DNA from: a virus
Taxonomy: Duplodnaviria > Heunggongvirae > Uroviricota > Caudoviricetes
Reading direction: 5' to 3' (one strand)
IMG/VR virus record: IMGVR_UViG_2718218102_000002
DNA length: 42,917 nucleotides
Position 1 is the first letter of the stretch; each line of letters begins with the position of its first letter. This document shows, in pieces, positions 1-14,148 of the stretch. Both the position numbers and the translations under genes were made by a program. The notes under the pieces are model-generated. The model did no database searches, was not told where the DNA came from, and saw nothing but the letters and a program-made list of their open reading frames with translations.

Positions 1-854
1 TGGCATTATTACTGGAGCCACTGCAGTTCACCTTTATGAGTCACGCACTGCTGATTTCACTGGTAGTTTCCATACCCTGTGCGCTGCTGTCGGTCTTTCT
101 GGTCCTGAAAGGCTGGGCACTGATGGGTGACGCGATGAGTCATGCGGTTTTTCCTGGCATCGTGCTTGCCTGGATTCTGGGGTTACCTTTGGCTACAGGG
201 GCATTCGTCGCCGGAGTATTCTGCGCGGTGGCGACGGGATACCTGAAAGACAACAGCCGAATCAAGCAAGATACAGTGATGGGGATTGTTTTTTCTGGCA
301 TGTTTGCCGCAGGTCTGATTTTGTATATTGCAGTCAAACCAGACGTACATCTTGACCATATTCTTTTCGGCGACATGCTCGGGATAACCATCGGCGATAT
401 AATCCAGACGGTGATTATTGCTGGGCTGGTTACACTTGTTATTAGCGTAAAATGGCGAGATTTTTTGCTGTTCAGCTTTGATTATCAACAGGCGCAGGTA
501 AGCGGTTTGCATACGAGATGGCTGCATTATGGGCTGCTGTGCATGGTCTCTCTGACCATTGTGGCGACGCTGAAAGCGGTAGGTATCATTCTCTCCATTT
601 CTCTGCTCATTGCGCCTGGCGCCATTGCGGTACTCCTGACACAACGCTTTTATATTGCGCTCCTACTGGCGACTGGCATATCGGTAATAGTGTCAATGAC
701 CGGTGTCTGGCTGTCCTTTTTTATCGACAGCGCACCAGCTCCGACGATTGTCGTCTTATTCGCGGTCGCGTTCATCATGACGTTTACCGTTACCAGCATC
801 AACGCACGCACAAAGGGAAACGCCCATACACAGGATCTGTTATCACCCAATTAG
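1..854 (+). CDS. sitD: Metal (Mn/Fe) ABC transporter permease, ABC-3 family, SitD-like; 5' end cut by window edge
   Basis: Track ORF 36-854 is in frame 3 and stays open back to base 3, so the true start lies upstream of the window. Multi-pass hydrophobic protein whose N-terminal region matches SitD/MntB-type permeases as recalled. Family call is from memory. Confidence 0.65.
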   Translation, partial: ALLLEPLQFTFMSHALLISLVVSIPCALLSVFLVLKGWALMGDAMSHAVFPGIVLAWILGLPLATGAFVAGVFCAVATGYLKDNSRIKQDTVMGIVFSGMFAAGLILYIAVKPDVHLDHILFGDMLGITIGDIIQTVIIAGLVTLVISVKWRDFLLFSFDYQQAQVSGLHTRWLHYGLLCMVSLTIVATLKAVGIILSISLLIAPGAIAVLLTQRFYIALLLATGISVIVSMTGVWLSFFIDSAPAPTIVVLFAVAFIMTFTVTSINARTKGNAHTQDLLSPN

Positions 855-1517
855 CACAACATCCGAGGACATCATCGTCCGCCAGCCTACAGCAGTCCGG
901 AAAGTCATGGAAGGTCGTTGGGAGGAGGTACGAATTCTATCATGCAAAAAATACGTAAAATCGATAATAGCTGGAAATAATTCAATACATGCACTCTCGA
1001 AAGTGCATCAGCCAACCGTGGCACGTTTTTGCATACAACGAGCCACGGTTCTCTTTACGATTTATAGCTGTATTGGTGAACTATGAGCAATTTTCGCGTT
1101 ATATTCCAATCTTTAATCTCTTCACGGAACAAGTTGCGTGCATGACTATATCAAGACAACTTATAACTACCAAAACATTTGCTTTGCAAGCAAAAACGGG
1201 GACCATTGACTCTAAGAAAAATCCGATCTATTGTTAGGATTATTAAAGTTACTTAACAGTATTCCGAAATGAAAATACAAAGTAAGCTGATTGTCTTATT
1301 AAACATTATCATTGCATTTATACTATTTGAGCTTTTAGATCAAAAATTCGGTTTGAGTACATTATTTTAAAGCAAGATAAATAATATCGGGCACTCTAGT
1401 TTTTATAATTAACAATTAAACGCCCATAAAATGTTATTTACGTTTCTTCGCTATTGTAATAGCTTAATATAGTGGTTTACGCCACTCTACTTTCATCATA
1501 TTTTGTACGTTTATGTA

Positions 1518-1555
1518 ATCGCCATGAAACTCTTTCATGGCGATTTCTTATTCTT
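1518..1555 (+). terminator. Putative intrinsic terminator: 12-bp perfect inverted repeat plus T-rich tail
   Basis: atcgccatgaaa-ctc-tttcatggcgat followed by ttcttattctt. The T-run is only on the plus strand. Confidence 0.4.
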
Positions 1556-1634
1556 AATCCAAGAACATACTCCCTACCTATAGCAAAATTACTTTTGAAC
1601 AAAAGAATAACGTATTTAGGTAATCATTACGAAT

Positions 1635-2216
1635 TTACCCTATAGGTGCTACTGGCCACTCAATATCCGGTACTACTGATGTATCAACACGGTTCAGCAA
1701 CACCCGATACTTTTTCCAGGCTTCCAGCAACAAGGTTTCTTCCTCCGTTGCGATCTCCAGATCTACAGCATCCTGAAGCGGCGCTATATGCTCACTGGCT
1801 ACCTGCATCAGGCTGTTTTTTGTTTCTTCCGCCTCCCGGATCCGGAACAGTTTTTCTGCTTCCGTATCCTTCACCCAGGCTGTACCGTTCCACTTCTGAA
1901 ACTCCCCTTCCGGGGATAACCAGGTGACATTTTCCGGTAATGAGCCGAGTTCAGAAATAAATAACGCGTCGCCGGAAGCCACGTCATAGACCGTTTTTCC
2001 CCGATGGTCTTCAACGAGATGCCACGATGCCTCATCACTGTTGAAAACAGCCACGAAGCCAGCCGGAATATCTGGCGGTGCAATATCGGTACTGTTTGCT
2101 GGCAGACCTGTATGAGGCGGAATGTATGCGTCACCTTCACCAATAAATTCATTAGTTCCGGCCAGCAGATTATAAATTTTTATGGTCCGTGGTTGTTCAC
2201 TCATTCTGAATGCCAT
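1635..2216 (-). CDS. tfa: Tail fiber assembly protein Tfa (lambda Tfa-like)
   Basis: 193-aa ORF starting [20 protein letters not shown], directly downstream of stf with a 1-nt TAATG stop/start overlap. Confidence 0.9.
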   Translation of the reverse strand: MAFRMSEQPRTIKIYNLLAGTNEFIGEGDAYIPPHTGLPANSTDIAPPDIPAGFVAVFNSDEASWHLVEDHRGKTVYDVASGDALFISELGSLPENVTWLSPEGEFQKWNGTAWVKDTEAEKLFRIREAEETKNSLMQVASEHIAPLQDAVDLEIATEEETLLLEAWKKYRVLLNRVDTSVVPDIEWPVAPIG

Positions 2217-5056
2217 TATGCAAGCCTCACAATATAGTTAAATGCGATGTTTTTGACGGTGTTTTCCGCGTTACCAGCAGCGTTAACGGTGATGGTGTGT
2301 CCATGTGAGCCAATCGCAACAGAGTGCGTATGAGCACCAATACCGACAGTATGCGCGTGTGCACCCGCAGATGCTGCTGTGCCGGACAGTGAGTGTGTAT
2401 GGTTTCCTTCTGAAGATGATTTACCTACCCATTGGGAGGTGCCACTGGTTAATGAGCCACTGATACCAACCTGATTAGTCCCGCTAACTTGAGTACTCCC
2501 TGCCGGAAACATTCCAGTAGGTTGACTCCCGCTATTCGTTCTGGGCCCAGTCTGACTATGTTGGTGGGCCCCAGCTGAACTTGTAGAGCCGCTCAGACTG
2601 TGCGTATGCGCCCCGGTGTTATTCGTGGATTTAGTGCCGTAATCAAACGACGATGTGGTTTTCGTACCCAAATCCGTACTGGATGCGCTGGCGCTGTGGG
2701 TGTGCGATTTAATGCCGTCCTGTTCCTGAGACAATACGGTACGACCACTGGCGGGCTTGCCCTTAATCGTCCAGCCACGCATATCAGGGATCACGCCTGA
2801 CGGATAAGCGACTGCAAGTTTCGGGTAGGCAGATTTGTCAAAAGTCTGCCCCTGCATCAGGGCATAACCAGACGGAACGGTATCCGATGGCCACGGGATT
2901 GGTGCGCCAGGCGGATAAAACTGCTCTGATGGCGTATAGAGTGAATAAACTGTACCGTCCGTTAACCCTTCCGGCTTATTAGCAGAATATGCTGGTGACG
3001 TATGAATCGTCACGCTGGCATTACTGGTATAATCCCATTGAATATTTACACCAGTCGCATAATTTCCGATTGCAACGTAAATATCGTAAGTATCACCAGA
3101 TGTATTGACCCAGGCAAAATTTGTAAACCCTGCCGAAGTGCGCTGCCATAAAGCACCAGTAATCCCCTTCGGGTTACCATTACCTGCACGCAAAACAAGT
3201 TCAGATATACCTGCCTGTTGAGGTGAACCGACGTTATATCCAGCCCCACCAATCAACGTAATTGAAACAACAGAACTCGCCTGCGGCATGGTTACCGTTG
3301 CTAATTTGAACCAACCAGCACCACCGCTAAATGACATAGTTGTTGAGTTAAGCGTACCAATATCTTTCGGTGTCAGTGTTATATCCGCTGAAAGCGCCTT
3401 ACCATTCACCTTACGGGCAGAAGGTACCCGACCATTCGCATTGTCATTAGCTGCTTTCACTGCTTTCGGTGTCGCAGCAAGCGTTTCAGATGCGCTGTTG
3501 GTTGCACTACTGAGCTGGACAATTCCTTTTTGTGCTGTCGTAGCGTCCTGAGCGGTATATTTCCCGCTAGCCAGGTCATACGCGGCCTTAACGGCTTTTG
3601 GCGTTGCCGCCAGTGACTCGGAAGTGCTGTTAGTCGCACTGCTGAGCTGTACTATCCCCTTTTTCGTCGTGCTCGCATCCTCAAGCGCCACGGCGGATGC
3701 AATATCCTCTGCCCGTTTTGCTGCTGTCTCGGCGCGCGTTGCCGCGGATTCCGCCGTACTTTTGCTCTGAGCTGCCGCCGTCGCACTGCCAGCTGCCTCT
3801 GTCGCCTTCGTGGATGCCGTCGTGGCGCTGCCCTTCGCTGCTGACGCTTGTCTGGTCGCCTCATCTTTTGAAGCAGACGCCGATGATGCCGATGACGCCG
3901 CCGAACTGGCTGACGATGCGGCAGCCGTTTTTGAGGATTCTGCGCTGGTTTCCGACGCTTTCGCGTTCGTTTCGGATGTCTTCGCTGCGGAAGCTGACCT
4001 CGCTGCTGCCGTGGCCTGTTCAGTGGCTTCGCCAGCCTTCGTTGTGGCTGTTGAAGCGGATGATGCGGCGCTTTCTGCCGACTTTCCGGCAGCGGTGGCA
4101 CTGGCTGAGGCCTGCCCGGCATTTGTTGACGCGGCGCTGGCAGATGAGGCAGCCGCTGTTTTTGAGTCTGCTGCTGCGGAGGCACTCTGTGCTGCTGCCG
4201 TCTCAGAAGACTTAGCGTTCGTCTCGGACGTTTTTGCCGCCTTCGCGGAATTGCCTGCCGCTGTTGCCGAGGAGGCTGCACTACTGGCGCTCGAGGCTGC
4301 GCTCGTTTCTGATGATTTTGCCGCCTCTTTTGAAGCCGACGCATCTCTGGCTGAGGTGGCAGCTTCTGACGCTTTCGTGGTCGCGGTGGATGCAGAAGTG
4401 GCGGCTGATTGTTGTGACGCTGAAGCATTCGTTTCTGACGTTTTCGCCGCACCGGCACTGGTGGCCGCCGCGCTTTTTGAGGACTCTGCAGCGGCAGCAC
4501 TTTTTGATGCTTCAGTGGCCTTTGTTGATGCCGTTACTGCGCTGGAAGACGCTGACTGAGCCGACGACGCGGCCTGTCCGGCTGACGTGCTGGCTGCGCG
4601 TGCGGAGTCCGCAGCATCAGTCGCATGGGTTGCCGCCTCACGGGCTGATGTGCTGGCATCGCTGGCTGACTTCTTCGCGGCTGCCGTGTTCTGTGCCACC
4701 GCGGACGCGTTACGCGCCACCTCTTCCACCATCAGCTCAAAACGGCGCAGTGCCTCCGGACGGACATCATCCTCAGTCATGGCACCAAGAAAATCATTCA
4801 GCGTACCGGGTTGAGAATCTTCATACACGGTGATGGTCCCGGCATGTGACGGCGGGAATCCCTCCACCAACAGAATAACGCTGTACTGACCGTACTCAAC
4901 GTCCATACTGTAACGCCCGGCTTCATCCGGATTTTCAGATGCCAGCGTGTTCACCACCACCGTGGTGCTGTTACGTTTTGCTTTCAGCTGGATTGTGCAG
5001 TTCTGTACCGGTTTTCCTGTGCCGTCTTTCAGTACACCTGAAATCTTTACTGCCAT
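2216..5056 (-). CDS. stf: Side tail fiber protein Stf, with Ala/Ser-rich repeat core and His-rich C-terminal repeats
   Basis: N-terminus [20 protein letters not shown] as recalled for lambda Stf. The track start at 5062 is a GTG; the ATG at 5056 is preferred. Duplicated [12 protein letters not shown]...[11 protein letters not shown] motif and HTHS/AHxH repeats near the C-terminus. Confidence 0.9.
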   Translation of the reverse strand: MAVKISGVLKDGTGKPVQNCTIQLKAKRNSTTVVVNTLASENPDEAGRYSMDVEYGQYSVILLVEGFPPSHAGTITVYEDSQPGTLNDFLGAMTEDDVRPEALRRFELMVEEVARNASAVAQNTAAAKKSASDASTSAREAATHATDAADSARAASTSAGQAASSAQSASSSAVTASTKATEASKSAAAAESSKSAAATSAGAAKTSETNASASQQSAATSASTATTKASEAATSARDASASKEAAKSSETSAASSASSAASSATAAGNSAKAAKTSETNAKSSETAAAQSASAAADSKTAAASSASAASTNAGQASASATAAGKSAESAASSASTATTKAGEATEQATAAARSASAAKTSETNAKASETSAESSKTAAASSASSAASSASSASASKDEATRQASAAKGSATTASTKATEAAGSATAAAQSKSTAESAATRAETAAKRAEDIASAVALEDASTTKKGIVQLSSATNSTSESLAATPKAVKAAYDLASGKYTAQDATTAQKGIVQLSSATNSASETLAATPKAVKAANDNANGRVPSARKVNGKALSADITLTPKDIGTLNSTTMSFSGGAGWFKLATVTMPQASSVVSITLIGGAGYNVGSPQQAGISELVLRAGNGNPKGITGALWQRTSAGFTNFAWVNTSGDTYDIYVAIGNYATGVNIQWDYTSNASVTIHTSPAYSANKPEGLTDGTVYSLYTPSEQFYPPGAPIPWPSDTVPSGYALMQGQTFDKSAYPKLAVAYPSGVIPDMRGWTIKGKPASGRTVLSQEQDGIKSHTHSASASSTDLGTKTTSSFDYGTKSTNNTGAHTHSLSGSTSSAGAHQHSQTGPRTNSGSQPTGMFPAGSTQVSGTNQVGISGSLTSGTSQWVGKSSSEGNHTHSLSGTAASAGAHAHTVGIGAHTHSVAIGSHGHTITVNAAGNAENTVKNIAFNYIVRLA

Positions 5057-5065
5057 ATTCACCCC

Positions 5066-5096
5066 ACAAAAAAGCCCGCCTGAAACGGCGGGCTGT
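5066..5096 (-). terminator. Intrinsic terminator downstream of lom
   Basis: On the minus strand: gcccgcc-gtttca-ggcgggc followed by tttttt, in the lom-stf gap. Confidence 0.55.
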
Positions 5097-5120
5097 CATA
5101 ACACTGTGTTACCTGGCTAA

Positions 5121-5720
5121 TCAGAACTTATAACCGACACCCACGATGAAACCGTCAGTGCGCCAGTCACCACTGCCGGAACCTTCATAAGCAATATCAA
5201 TGGCCACGGATTCGGTCGGGTTAAACTGCACGCCAGCCCCCCACGCCAGAGACGTGTTGCTGTGGCGACCGTCATCACTTCCGGTCAGCACATCATGCGT
5301 TTTCCCCTTGTTGTCAGTTACGCGGAGATAATCCCCGGAAAAAGTCGACACACGGCTGTAAGCCACGCCCGCCATCGCATACGCACTGAACCATTCATTC
5401 ACGCGCACAGAGGGCCCCGCCATTACGCTGAACCAGCGGTTACGAACGGAATCTTCATGCCAGCGGGTATCGCTGTAACGGGTAAGCTGGCGATTCTTGT
5501 CTCCTGCATAGCTGAAAGACGTCACCATCCCCAGTGTGTCCGTAAACTCATAACGGTATTTCACGTTAATCCCGTTCAGATCATCGCTGCCGGGAACGTT
5601 CGTCGAGACATGAAGATACCCCGCGCTCAGCGTGGACTGATGTTCAGACGCCCATGCAGGCGTACCGGATACGGCCAGACAAATGGCTGCGGACAAAATG
5701 GCGGCATAAAGTTTACGCAT
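5121..5720 (-). CDS. lom: Outer membrane protein Lom (Ail/Lom family)
   Basis: 199 aa with signal peptide (…AVSGTPAWA) and C-terminal GYKF beta-barrel ending; sits between J and stf as in lambda. Confidence 0.9.
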   Translation of the reverse strand: MRKLYAAILSAAICLAVSGTPAWASEHQSTLSAGYLHVSTNVPGSDDLNGINVKYRYEFTDTLGMVTSFSYAGDKNRQLTRYSDTRWHEDSVRNRWFSVMAGPSVRVNEWFSAYAMAGVAYSRVSTFSGDYLRVTDNKGKTHDVLTGSDDGRHSNTSLAWGAGVQFNPTESVAIDIAYEGSGSGDWRTDGFIVGVGYKF

Positions 5721-5743
5721 AATTACCTCTCGCTTTTCTGCAA

Positions 5744-5769
5744 TAAAAAAGGCGTCATTTCTGACGCCC
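5744..5769 (-). terminator. Putative intrinsic terminator downstream of J
   Basis: Minus strand: ggcgtca-gaaa-tgacgcc followed by ttttttatt. Confidence 0.5.
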
Positions 5770-5786
5770 GTTATGGGTTATAAAAT

Positions 5787-9188
<3,402 letters not shown>

Positions 9189-9245
9189 TCATGCTCCATA
9201 AACGATAAAACCGCCCGGAGGCGGTTTCACATAAAACATTTTGCA

Positions 9246-9917
9246 TCAGCGACCAATCACCACAACCTGACCACCATCCCCTTCGTCTGCCGTGCTGATC
9301 TCCTGAGAAACCACGCGTGACCCCACGCGCATTTCACCGTACAGAACCGGCAGAACATTGCCCTGGGCAACCATGTTATCCAGTGAGGAGAAATAGGTGT
9401 TCTGTTTGCCGTTATCCGTTGTCTGTGTACGGGGAGTTCTGGCTTTCGGTGCCAGCATCTGCGCCACACCACCGAGCACCATACTGGCACCGAGAGAAAA
9501 CAGGATGCCGGTCATACCACCGGCCCCAATGGCTGCCCCCCATGCTGCAAGGGTGGCTCCGGCGGTAAAGAATGATCCGGCAATGGCGGCAGCCCCCAGG
9601 ACAATCTGGAATACGCCACCTGACTTGGCCCCGGCGACTCTGGGAACAATATGAATCACAGCGCCATCAGGCAGAGTCTCATGTAACTGCGCCGTTAACC
9701 CGGACGTGCTGACGTCCCGCCCGGCAATCCGTACCTGATACCAGCCGTCGCTCAGTTTCTGACGAAACACCGGGAGCTGTGTGGCCAGTGCGCGGATGGC
9801 TTCAGCCCCCGTTTTCACACGAAGGTCGATGCGGCGGCCAAATCGTTGCAAATCCCCGTAAAGGCAGATGCGCGCCATGCCCGGTGACGCCAGAGGGAGT
9901 GTGTGCGTCGCTGCCAT
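9246..9917 (-). CDS. I: Tail tip assembly protein I
   Basis: 223 aa, matching lambda I in length and position; 5' end overlaps the 3' end of K. Confidence 0.9.
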   Translation of the reverse strand: MAATHTLPLASPGMARICLYGDLQRFGRRIDLRVKTGAEAIRALATQLPVFRQKLSDGWYQVRIAGRDVSTSGLTAQLHETLPDGAVIHIVPRVAGAKSGGVFQIVLGAAAIAGSFFTAGATLAAWGAAIGAGGMTGILFSLGASMVLGGVAQMLAPKARTPRTQTTDNGKQNTYFSSLDNMVAQGNVLPVLYGEMRVGSRVVSQEISTADEGDGGQVVVIGR

Positions 9918-10558
9918 TTGTCGGTATACCTCTCTCGTTTGCTCAGTTGTTCAGGAATATGGTGCAGCAGCTCGCCATCACCACAGTAAATGGCGGCATG
10001 ATTCGGCACCGATGAACCAAAACAGCACAGCAGCACATCGCCCGGTTGTGCTGATGACAACGGCACCTGATACAGCCCTGTGGCCTCCAGATTATCCAGA
10101 TAGAGATTCTGACCGTTACGCCACCAGTCATCCTCGCGGTGAAAATCCGGCATCTCAATCCCCGCCAGATGGTAAGCATCCCGGAACAGCGTGTAACAGT
10201 CCGTCACCCCGTGCTCAAAGCGCCGCCCGGTAAGATGCGGCACACAGCGGAACTTGTGAATCGCCCCCCGGCAGACCAGCCACCACGGCAAATCACTCTG
10301 CACCTGCAGCCGCCGGTCAGCCTCACTCAGCCAGGGCAGACCACCGGGATGACTGTGGACCAGCGCCACAATCTCACCCTGCATTTCTGCCTGCAGCCAG
10401 TCCTCCGGAGCCATCCGGAAATAATCCTCCGGCTCACCGGAAATATTCACGCAGGGAAAATATCTTTCCCCCTCCGGCGTTCTCACCACGAAGCCGCACG
10501 ACTCCGCTGGCGCACATCGCCGGGCGTGCGCCAGAATCGCTGATTCTGTCTCTGTCAT
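9815..10558 (-). CDS. K: Tail tip assembly protein K (MPN/JAMM-like plus NlpC/P60-like regions)
   Basis: HSHP motif and Cys/His NlpC-like region. Start set at MTETES, 5 nt after the L stop; the track's upstream extension is rejected. The classical 199-aa form would start at the internal Met at 10414. Confidence 0.85.
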   Translation of the reverse strand: MTETESAILAHARRCAPAESCGFVVRTPEGERYFPCVNISGEPEDYFRMAPEDWLQAEMQGEIVALVHSHPGGLPWLSEADRRLQVQSDLPWWLVCRGAIHKFRCVPHLTGRRFEHGVTDCYTLFRDAYHLAGIEMPDFHREDDWWRNGQNLYLDNLEATGLYQVPLSSAQPGDVLLCCFGSSVPNHAAIYCGDGELLHHIPEQLSKRERYTDKWQRRTHSLWRHRAWRASAFTGICNDLAAASTFV

Positions 10559-10562
10559 GGGA

Positions 10563-11261
10563 TTACTGCGAAAGTTTGTTAATGGAAAGGAAGCCGCCAA
10601 AGTTGCCCACGTTATTGCGAAACTTACAGCCACTCAGGCATTTGCTGCATTTATCCTTCGTGATATCGGACGTCGGCTGGTCATATTCATCCGCGACAGC
10701 CGGACCGCTATAACCGCACTCGTCACCGCGATAGGTCCAGGTGCAGGTGTTGGCCAGCATGATACGTCCCGGAAAAACGGCACCATCCGTTTCAGTCGGC
10801 GTGGACAGTACAAAGGAGGCACTGACCGCGCTCAGTTCGCTGCACTGCTCGATGCGCCAGCGGCTGATCACCTCCTGCTCCGGATCGGCGTCGCTGTTTC
10901 CGTTGACGAAGTTCACCGCATCCAGAAAACGGGCATAAACCTTACGCCTGACCACCGTTCCGCCGACCAGACTCTGCAGATCTTCCGCCATCCCGGTGAC
11001 CATGCCATAGAGGTTAGAAACCGTCAGCGTGGGGCGCGTACTGGTGCCTTTGCCATTCAGTTCGAAACCACTCCCCTGAATGGGATACGCCTGATACTGT
11101 CGCCCCTGCCAGGTGACCGGCTCACCTTTTTCGTTCTGCTCATTACAGAAAAAATAACGTTCTCCACCAACCTCTGTCAGATCGATTTCCCAGAGCACCA
11201 CGCTGGCAGACTGCTCCGCACGGGTGCATTCATTCAGTGTTTCCTGTCGGATATCCTGCAT
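10563..11261 (-). CDS. L: Tail tip assembly protein L
   Basis: 232 aa as in lambda L, with a C-terminal Cys cluster (CSKCLSGC). Confidence 0.9.
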   Translation of the reverse strand: MQDIRQETLNECTRAEQSASVVLWEIDLTEVGGERYFFCNEQNEKGEPVTWQGRQYQAYPIQGSGFELNGKGTSTRPTLTVSNLYGMVTGMAEDLQSLVGGTVVRRKVYARFLDAVNFVNGNSDADPEQEVISRWRIEQCSELSAVSASFVLSTPTETDGAVFPGRIMLANTCTWTYRGDECGYSGPAVADEYDQPTSDITKDKCSKCLSGCKFRNNVGNFGGFLSINKLSQ

Positions 11262-11590
11262 CAGTTCACCACCTGTTCAAACTCTGCGCTGAACTCAACA
11301 CGCAGCATACTGACCCGCGACGACCATTTTGCGCAGGTCACCTTTATCTGCCGCCACTCATAAGGCGGCGTCCACAGAAAGGATTTCCAGCCCCCGTGCT
11401 CAGCCAGAAACGACTCCAGCGCCGTGGCCTCCCAACGGGGGACAGAAAGCGTCACGCTGTACGTTTTCAGGTTGGCATTCAGCCCGGCAGGCGCTCGCTG
11501 GGAATAGCCATCACCAAAGCGCACCTTTCTTACAGAAGGGGCCGAAGCCACATCCATACCGGGTTTCACTTTCCAGCGGAAGGTTTTCAT
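11261..11590 (-). CDS. M: Tail tip assembly protein M
   Basis: 109 aa as in lambda M. Confidence 0.9.
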   Translation of the reverse strand: MKTFRWKVKPGMDVASAPSVRKVRFGDGYSQRAPAGLNANLKTYSVTLSVPRWEATALESFLAEHGGWKSFLWTPPYEWRQIKVTCAKWSSRVSMLRVEFSAEFEQVVN

Positions 11591-14148
11591 CGTCCACCTC
11601 CGGAGAACAGGCCACCATCACGCATCTGTGTCTGAATTTCATCACGGGCACCCTTGCGGGCCATGTCATACACTGCCTTCATCATCTGTGGACCTGGCAG
11701 ACCATTCGTACCGTCGTTCTGAATCACCACGTGATTGTTCTGATTAAAATTAATGCCTTCAGCCCGCCGCATCTGCGCCGGACTTCCGGCACCGCCCACA
11801 TAACCACCTTCCGCATAGCCCCGCATTAGGCGGTACAGGTTGCCGACACCAATCCGGCTGGTTGCCTCCTTCGTGAAGACAAACTCACCACGGTGAACAA
11901 TCCCCGCTGGCTCATATTTGCCGCCGGTTCCCGTAAATCCTCCGGTTGCAAAATGGAATTTCGCCGCAGCGGCCTGAATGGCTGAACCGCCTGACGCGGA
12001 TGCGCCGCCACCAACAGCCCCGCCAATAGCGCTGCCGATACTCCCGACAATCCCCACCATTGCCTGCTTAAGCAGAATTTCTGTCATCATGGACAGCACG
12101 GAACGGGTGAAGCTGCGCCAGTTCTGTTCACTGCCGGTCAGCATCGCCGCCATATTCTGCGCAATACCATCAAAGGTCTGCGTGGCAGCACTTTTAACCT
12201 GCGACATACTGTCCGTGGCACTCTCTTTCCACTCGCTCCAGCCGGACCTGAGGCCTGCCATCCAGTTCCCGCGAAGCAGGTCTTCAGCCGCCCAGGTCTT
12301 TTTCTGCTCTGACATGACGTTATTCAGCGCCAGAGGATTATCGCCATACTGTTCCTTCAGGCGCTGTTCCGTGGCTTCCCGTTCTGCCTGCCGGTCAGTC
12401 AGCCCCCGGCTTTTCGCATCAATAGCGGCCCGTTTTGCCCGTTGCTGCTGTGCGAATTTATCCGCCTGCTGCGCCAGCGCGTTCAGGCGCTCCTGATACG
12501 TAACCTTGTCGCCAAGTGCAGCCAGCTGGCGTTTGTACTCCAGCGTCTCATCTTTATGCGCCAGCAGGGATTTCTCCTGTGCAGACAGCTGGCGACGTTG
12601 CGCCGCCTCCTCCAGTACCGCGAACTGACTCTCCGCCTTCCACAAATCCCGGCGCTGCTGGCTGATTTTCTCATTTGCTCCGGCATGCTTCTCCAGCGTC
12701 CGGAGTTCAGCCTGAAGCGTCAGCAGGGCAGCATGAGCACTGTCTTCCTGACGATCGCCCGCAGACACCTTCACGCCGGACTGCTTCGGCTTTTTCAGTG
12801 TCGTTTCATAGTCCTTTTTCGCTGCCGCCATCAGCGTGTTGTAATCTGCCTGCAGGATTTTTCCGTCTTTCAGGGCCTTATTCAGTTCTTCCTGACGGGC
12901 GGCATATTTCTCCAGCGGCGTCTGCAGCCGTTCGTAAGCCTTCTGCGCCTCTTCGGTATATTTCAGCCGTGACGCTTCGGTATCGCTCTGCTGCTGCGCA
13001 TTTTTGTCCTGTTGACTCTGCTGTTCAGCCTTCTTTCGGGCGGCTTCAAGCGCAAGACGGGCCTTTTCACGATCATCCCAGTAACGCGCCCGCGCTTCAT
13101 CGTTAACAAAATAATCATCCTTGCGCAGATTCCAGATATCGTCCGCTTTCTTAAACGCGGCCTCTGCCTTAATCAGCATCTCCTGCGCGGTATCAGGACG
13201 ACCAATATCCAGCACCGCATCCCACATAGATTTGAATGCCCGTGCTGTCCTCTCTGCCCAGGTCTCCAGCGTGCCCATGTTCTCTTTCAGGCGGCGGGTC
13301 TGGTCATCAAACCCTTTCGTCGCGGCCTCGTTCGCCGCCTGCAATGCCCCGGCTTCTTCGCCGGAACGCTGCAACTGAGCAACATACGCAATCTGCTCCG
13401 CCGTCACGTTATGGAACTGGCGCGCCATCGCTGTCAGCCCCGACGTCGGGTCAGTGGTCAGCTTCCCGAAGGCTTCAGCGACCTTGTCCACCTCCACGCC
13501 GGATGCAGAGGAGAAACGCGCCACACTCTGGCTGATGGACGCAATCTGAGCCTCACCGCTTACCCCCGCCTTAACCAGTGCGCTGAGTGACTCGCTGGTC
13601 TGGTTAAACGTCAGCCCTGCCGCCTGCCCGGCTCTGGACAGGACCAGCATACGATCTGCCGTCAGCCCCGACTGATTGCCGGAAAGGACCAGCGTTTTGT
13701 TGAAATCGGACAGGGTTGAGTTGCCCTGATACCAGGCATACGCCAGCGCACCGGTCGCCACCGCCAGCGAGGTGGCCCCGACCATCGGCAGGGTGATCGC
13801 ACCGGCAAGCCCCCGGAACATGGGGATCATCCCGCCGAAGGAGTCCTTCACCTGCCCCCCCTGTTGCAGCAGGATCAGCCACGGACTTTGCCCGCCTGCA
13901 AGCTGCGTGGCCACGTCGGTGAACTGTGCAGGCAGCATACGCATGGCGGCTTTATACTGCCCGACGGAAATCCCCGCTTTCTGTGCAGCCAGCGCCTGCC
14001 GGTTCATCGACTGTTCAACGACTGCCGCTGTTTTTTTCGCATCACTTTCCGTACCGGAAAAATGACGCCTGACTCTGGCCATCTGCTCGTCAAATCTGGC
14101 CGCATCCAGACTTAAATCAACGACCAGATCGCCTACCGGTTCAGCCAT
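11587..14148 (-). CDS. H: Tail tape measure protein H
   Basis: 853 aa as in lambda H; long coiled-coil central region. Confidence 0.9.
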   Translation of the reverse strand: MAEPVGDLVVDLSLDAARFDEQMARVRRHFSGTESDAKKTAAVVEQSMNRQALAAQKAGISVGQYKAAMRMLPAQFTDVATQLAGGQSPWLILLQQGGQVKDSFGGMIPMFRGLAGAITLPMVGATSLAVATGALAYAWYQGNSTLSDFNKTLVLSGNQSGLTADRMLVLSRAGQAAGLTFNQTSESLSALVKAGVSGEAQIASISQSVARFSSASGVEVDKVAEAFGKLTTDPTSGLTAMARQFHNVTAEQIAYVAQLQRSGEEAGALQAANEAATKGFDDQTRRLKENMGTLETWAERTARAFKSMWDAVLDIGRPDTAQEMLIKAEAAFKKADDIWNLRKDDYFVNDEARARYWDDREKARLALEAARKKAEQQSQQDKNAQQQSDTEASRLKYTEEAQKAYERLQTPLEKYAARQEELNKALKDGKILQADYNTLMAAAKKDYETTLKKPKQSGVKVSAGDRQEDSAHAALLTLQAELRTLEKHAGANEKISQQRRDLWKAESQFAVLEEAAQRRQLSAQEKSLLAHKDETLEYKRQLAALGDKVTYQERLNALAQQADKFAQQQRAKRAAIDAKSRGLTDRQAEREATEQRLKEQYGDNPLALNNVMSEQKKTWAAEDLLRGNWMAGLRSGWSEWKESATDSMSQVKSAATQTFDGIAQNMAAMLTGSEQNWRSFTRSVLSMMTEILLKQAMVGIVGSIGSAIGGAVGGGASASGGSAIQAAAAKFHFATGGFTGTGGKYEPAGIVHRGEFVFTKEATSRIGVGNLYRLMRGYAEGGYVGGAGSPAQMRRAEGINFNQNNHVVIQNDGTNGLPGPQMMKAVYDMARKGARDEIQTQMRDGGLFSGGGR

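Noticed and set aside
989-1237. 82-aa plus-strand ORF in the AT-rich spacer between sitD and tfa
   Set aside because: No ribosome-binding site or recognisable domain; the AT-rich context gives spurious ORFs. Left unannotated.
3652-4833. Several long ORFs (3652-4500 minus, 3697-4215 plus, 3810-4559 plus, 4234-4833 plus)
   Set aside because: Alternative-frame and antisense readings of the repetitive GC-rich stf core. Their Ala-, Pro- and Arg-rich compositions are repeat artefacts.
10559-10633. N-terminal extension of the track ORF for K (start 10633)
   Set aside because: It overlaps the 3' end of L in another frame. The conserved MTETES start at 10558, 5 nt after the L stop, fits the operon better.
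10557-11363. 268-aa plus-strand ORF
   Set aside because: Antisense to L and M.
11978-13590. Plus-strand ORFs of 170-190 aa (11978-12496, 12442-12972, 13012-13590)
   Set aside because: Antisense to the tape measure gene H; no start signals or family features.
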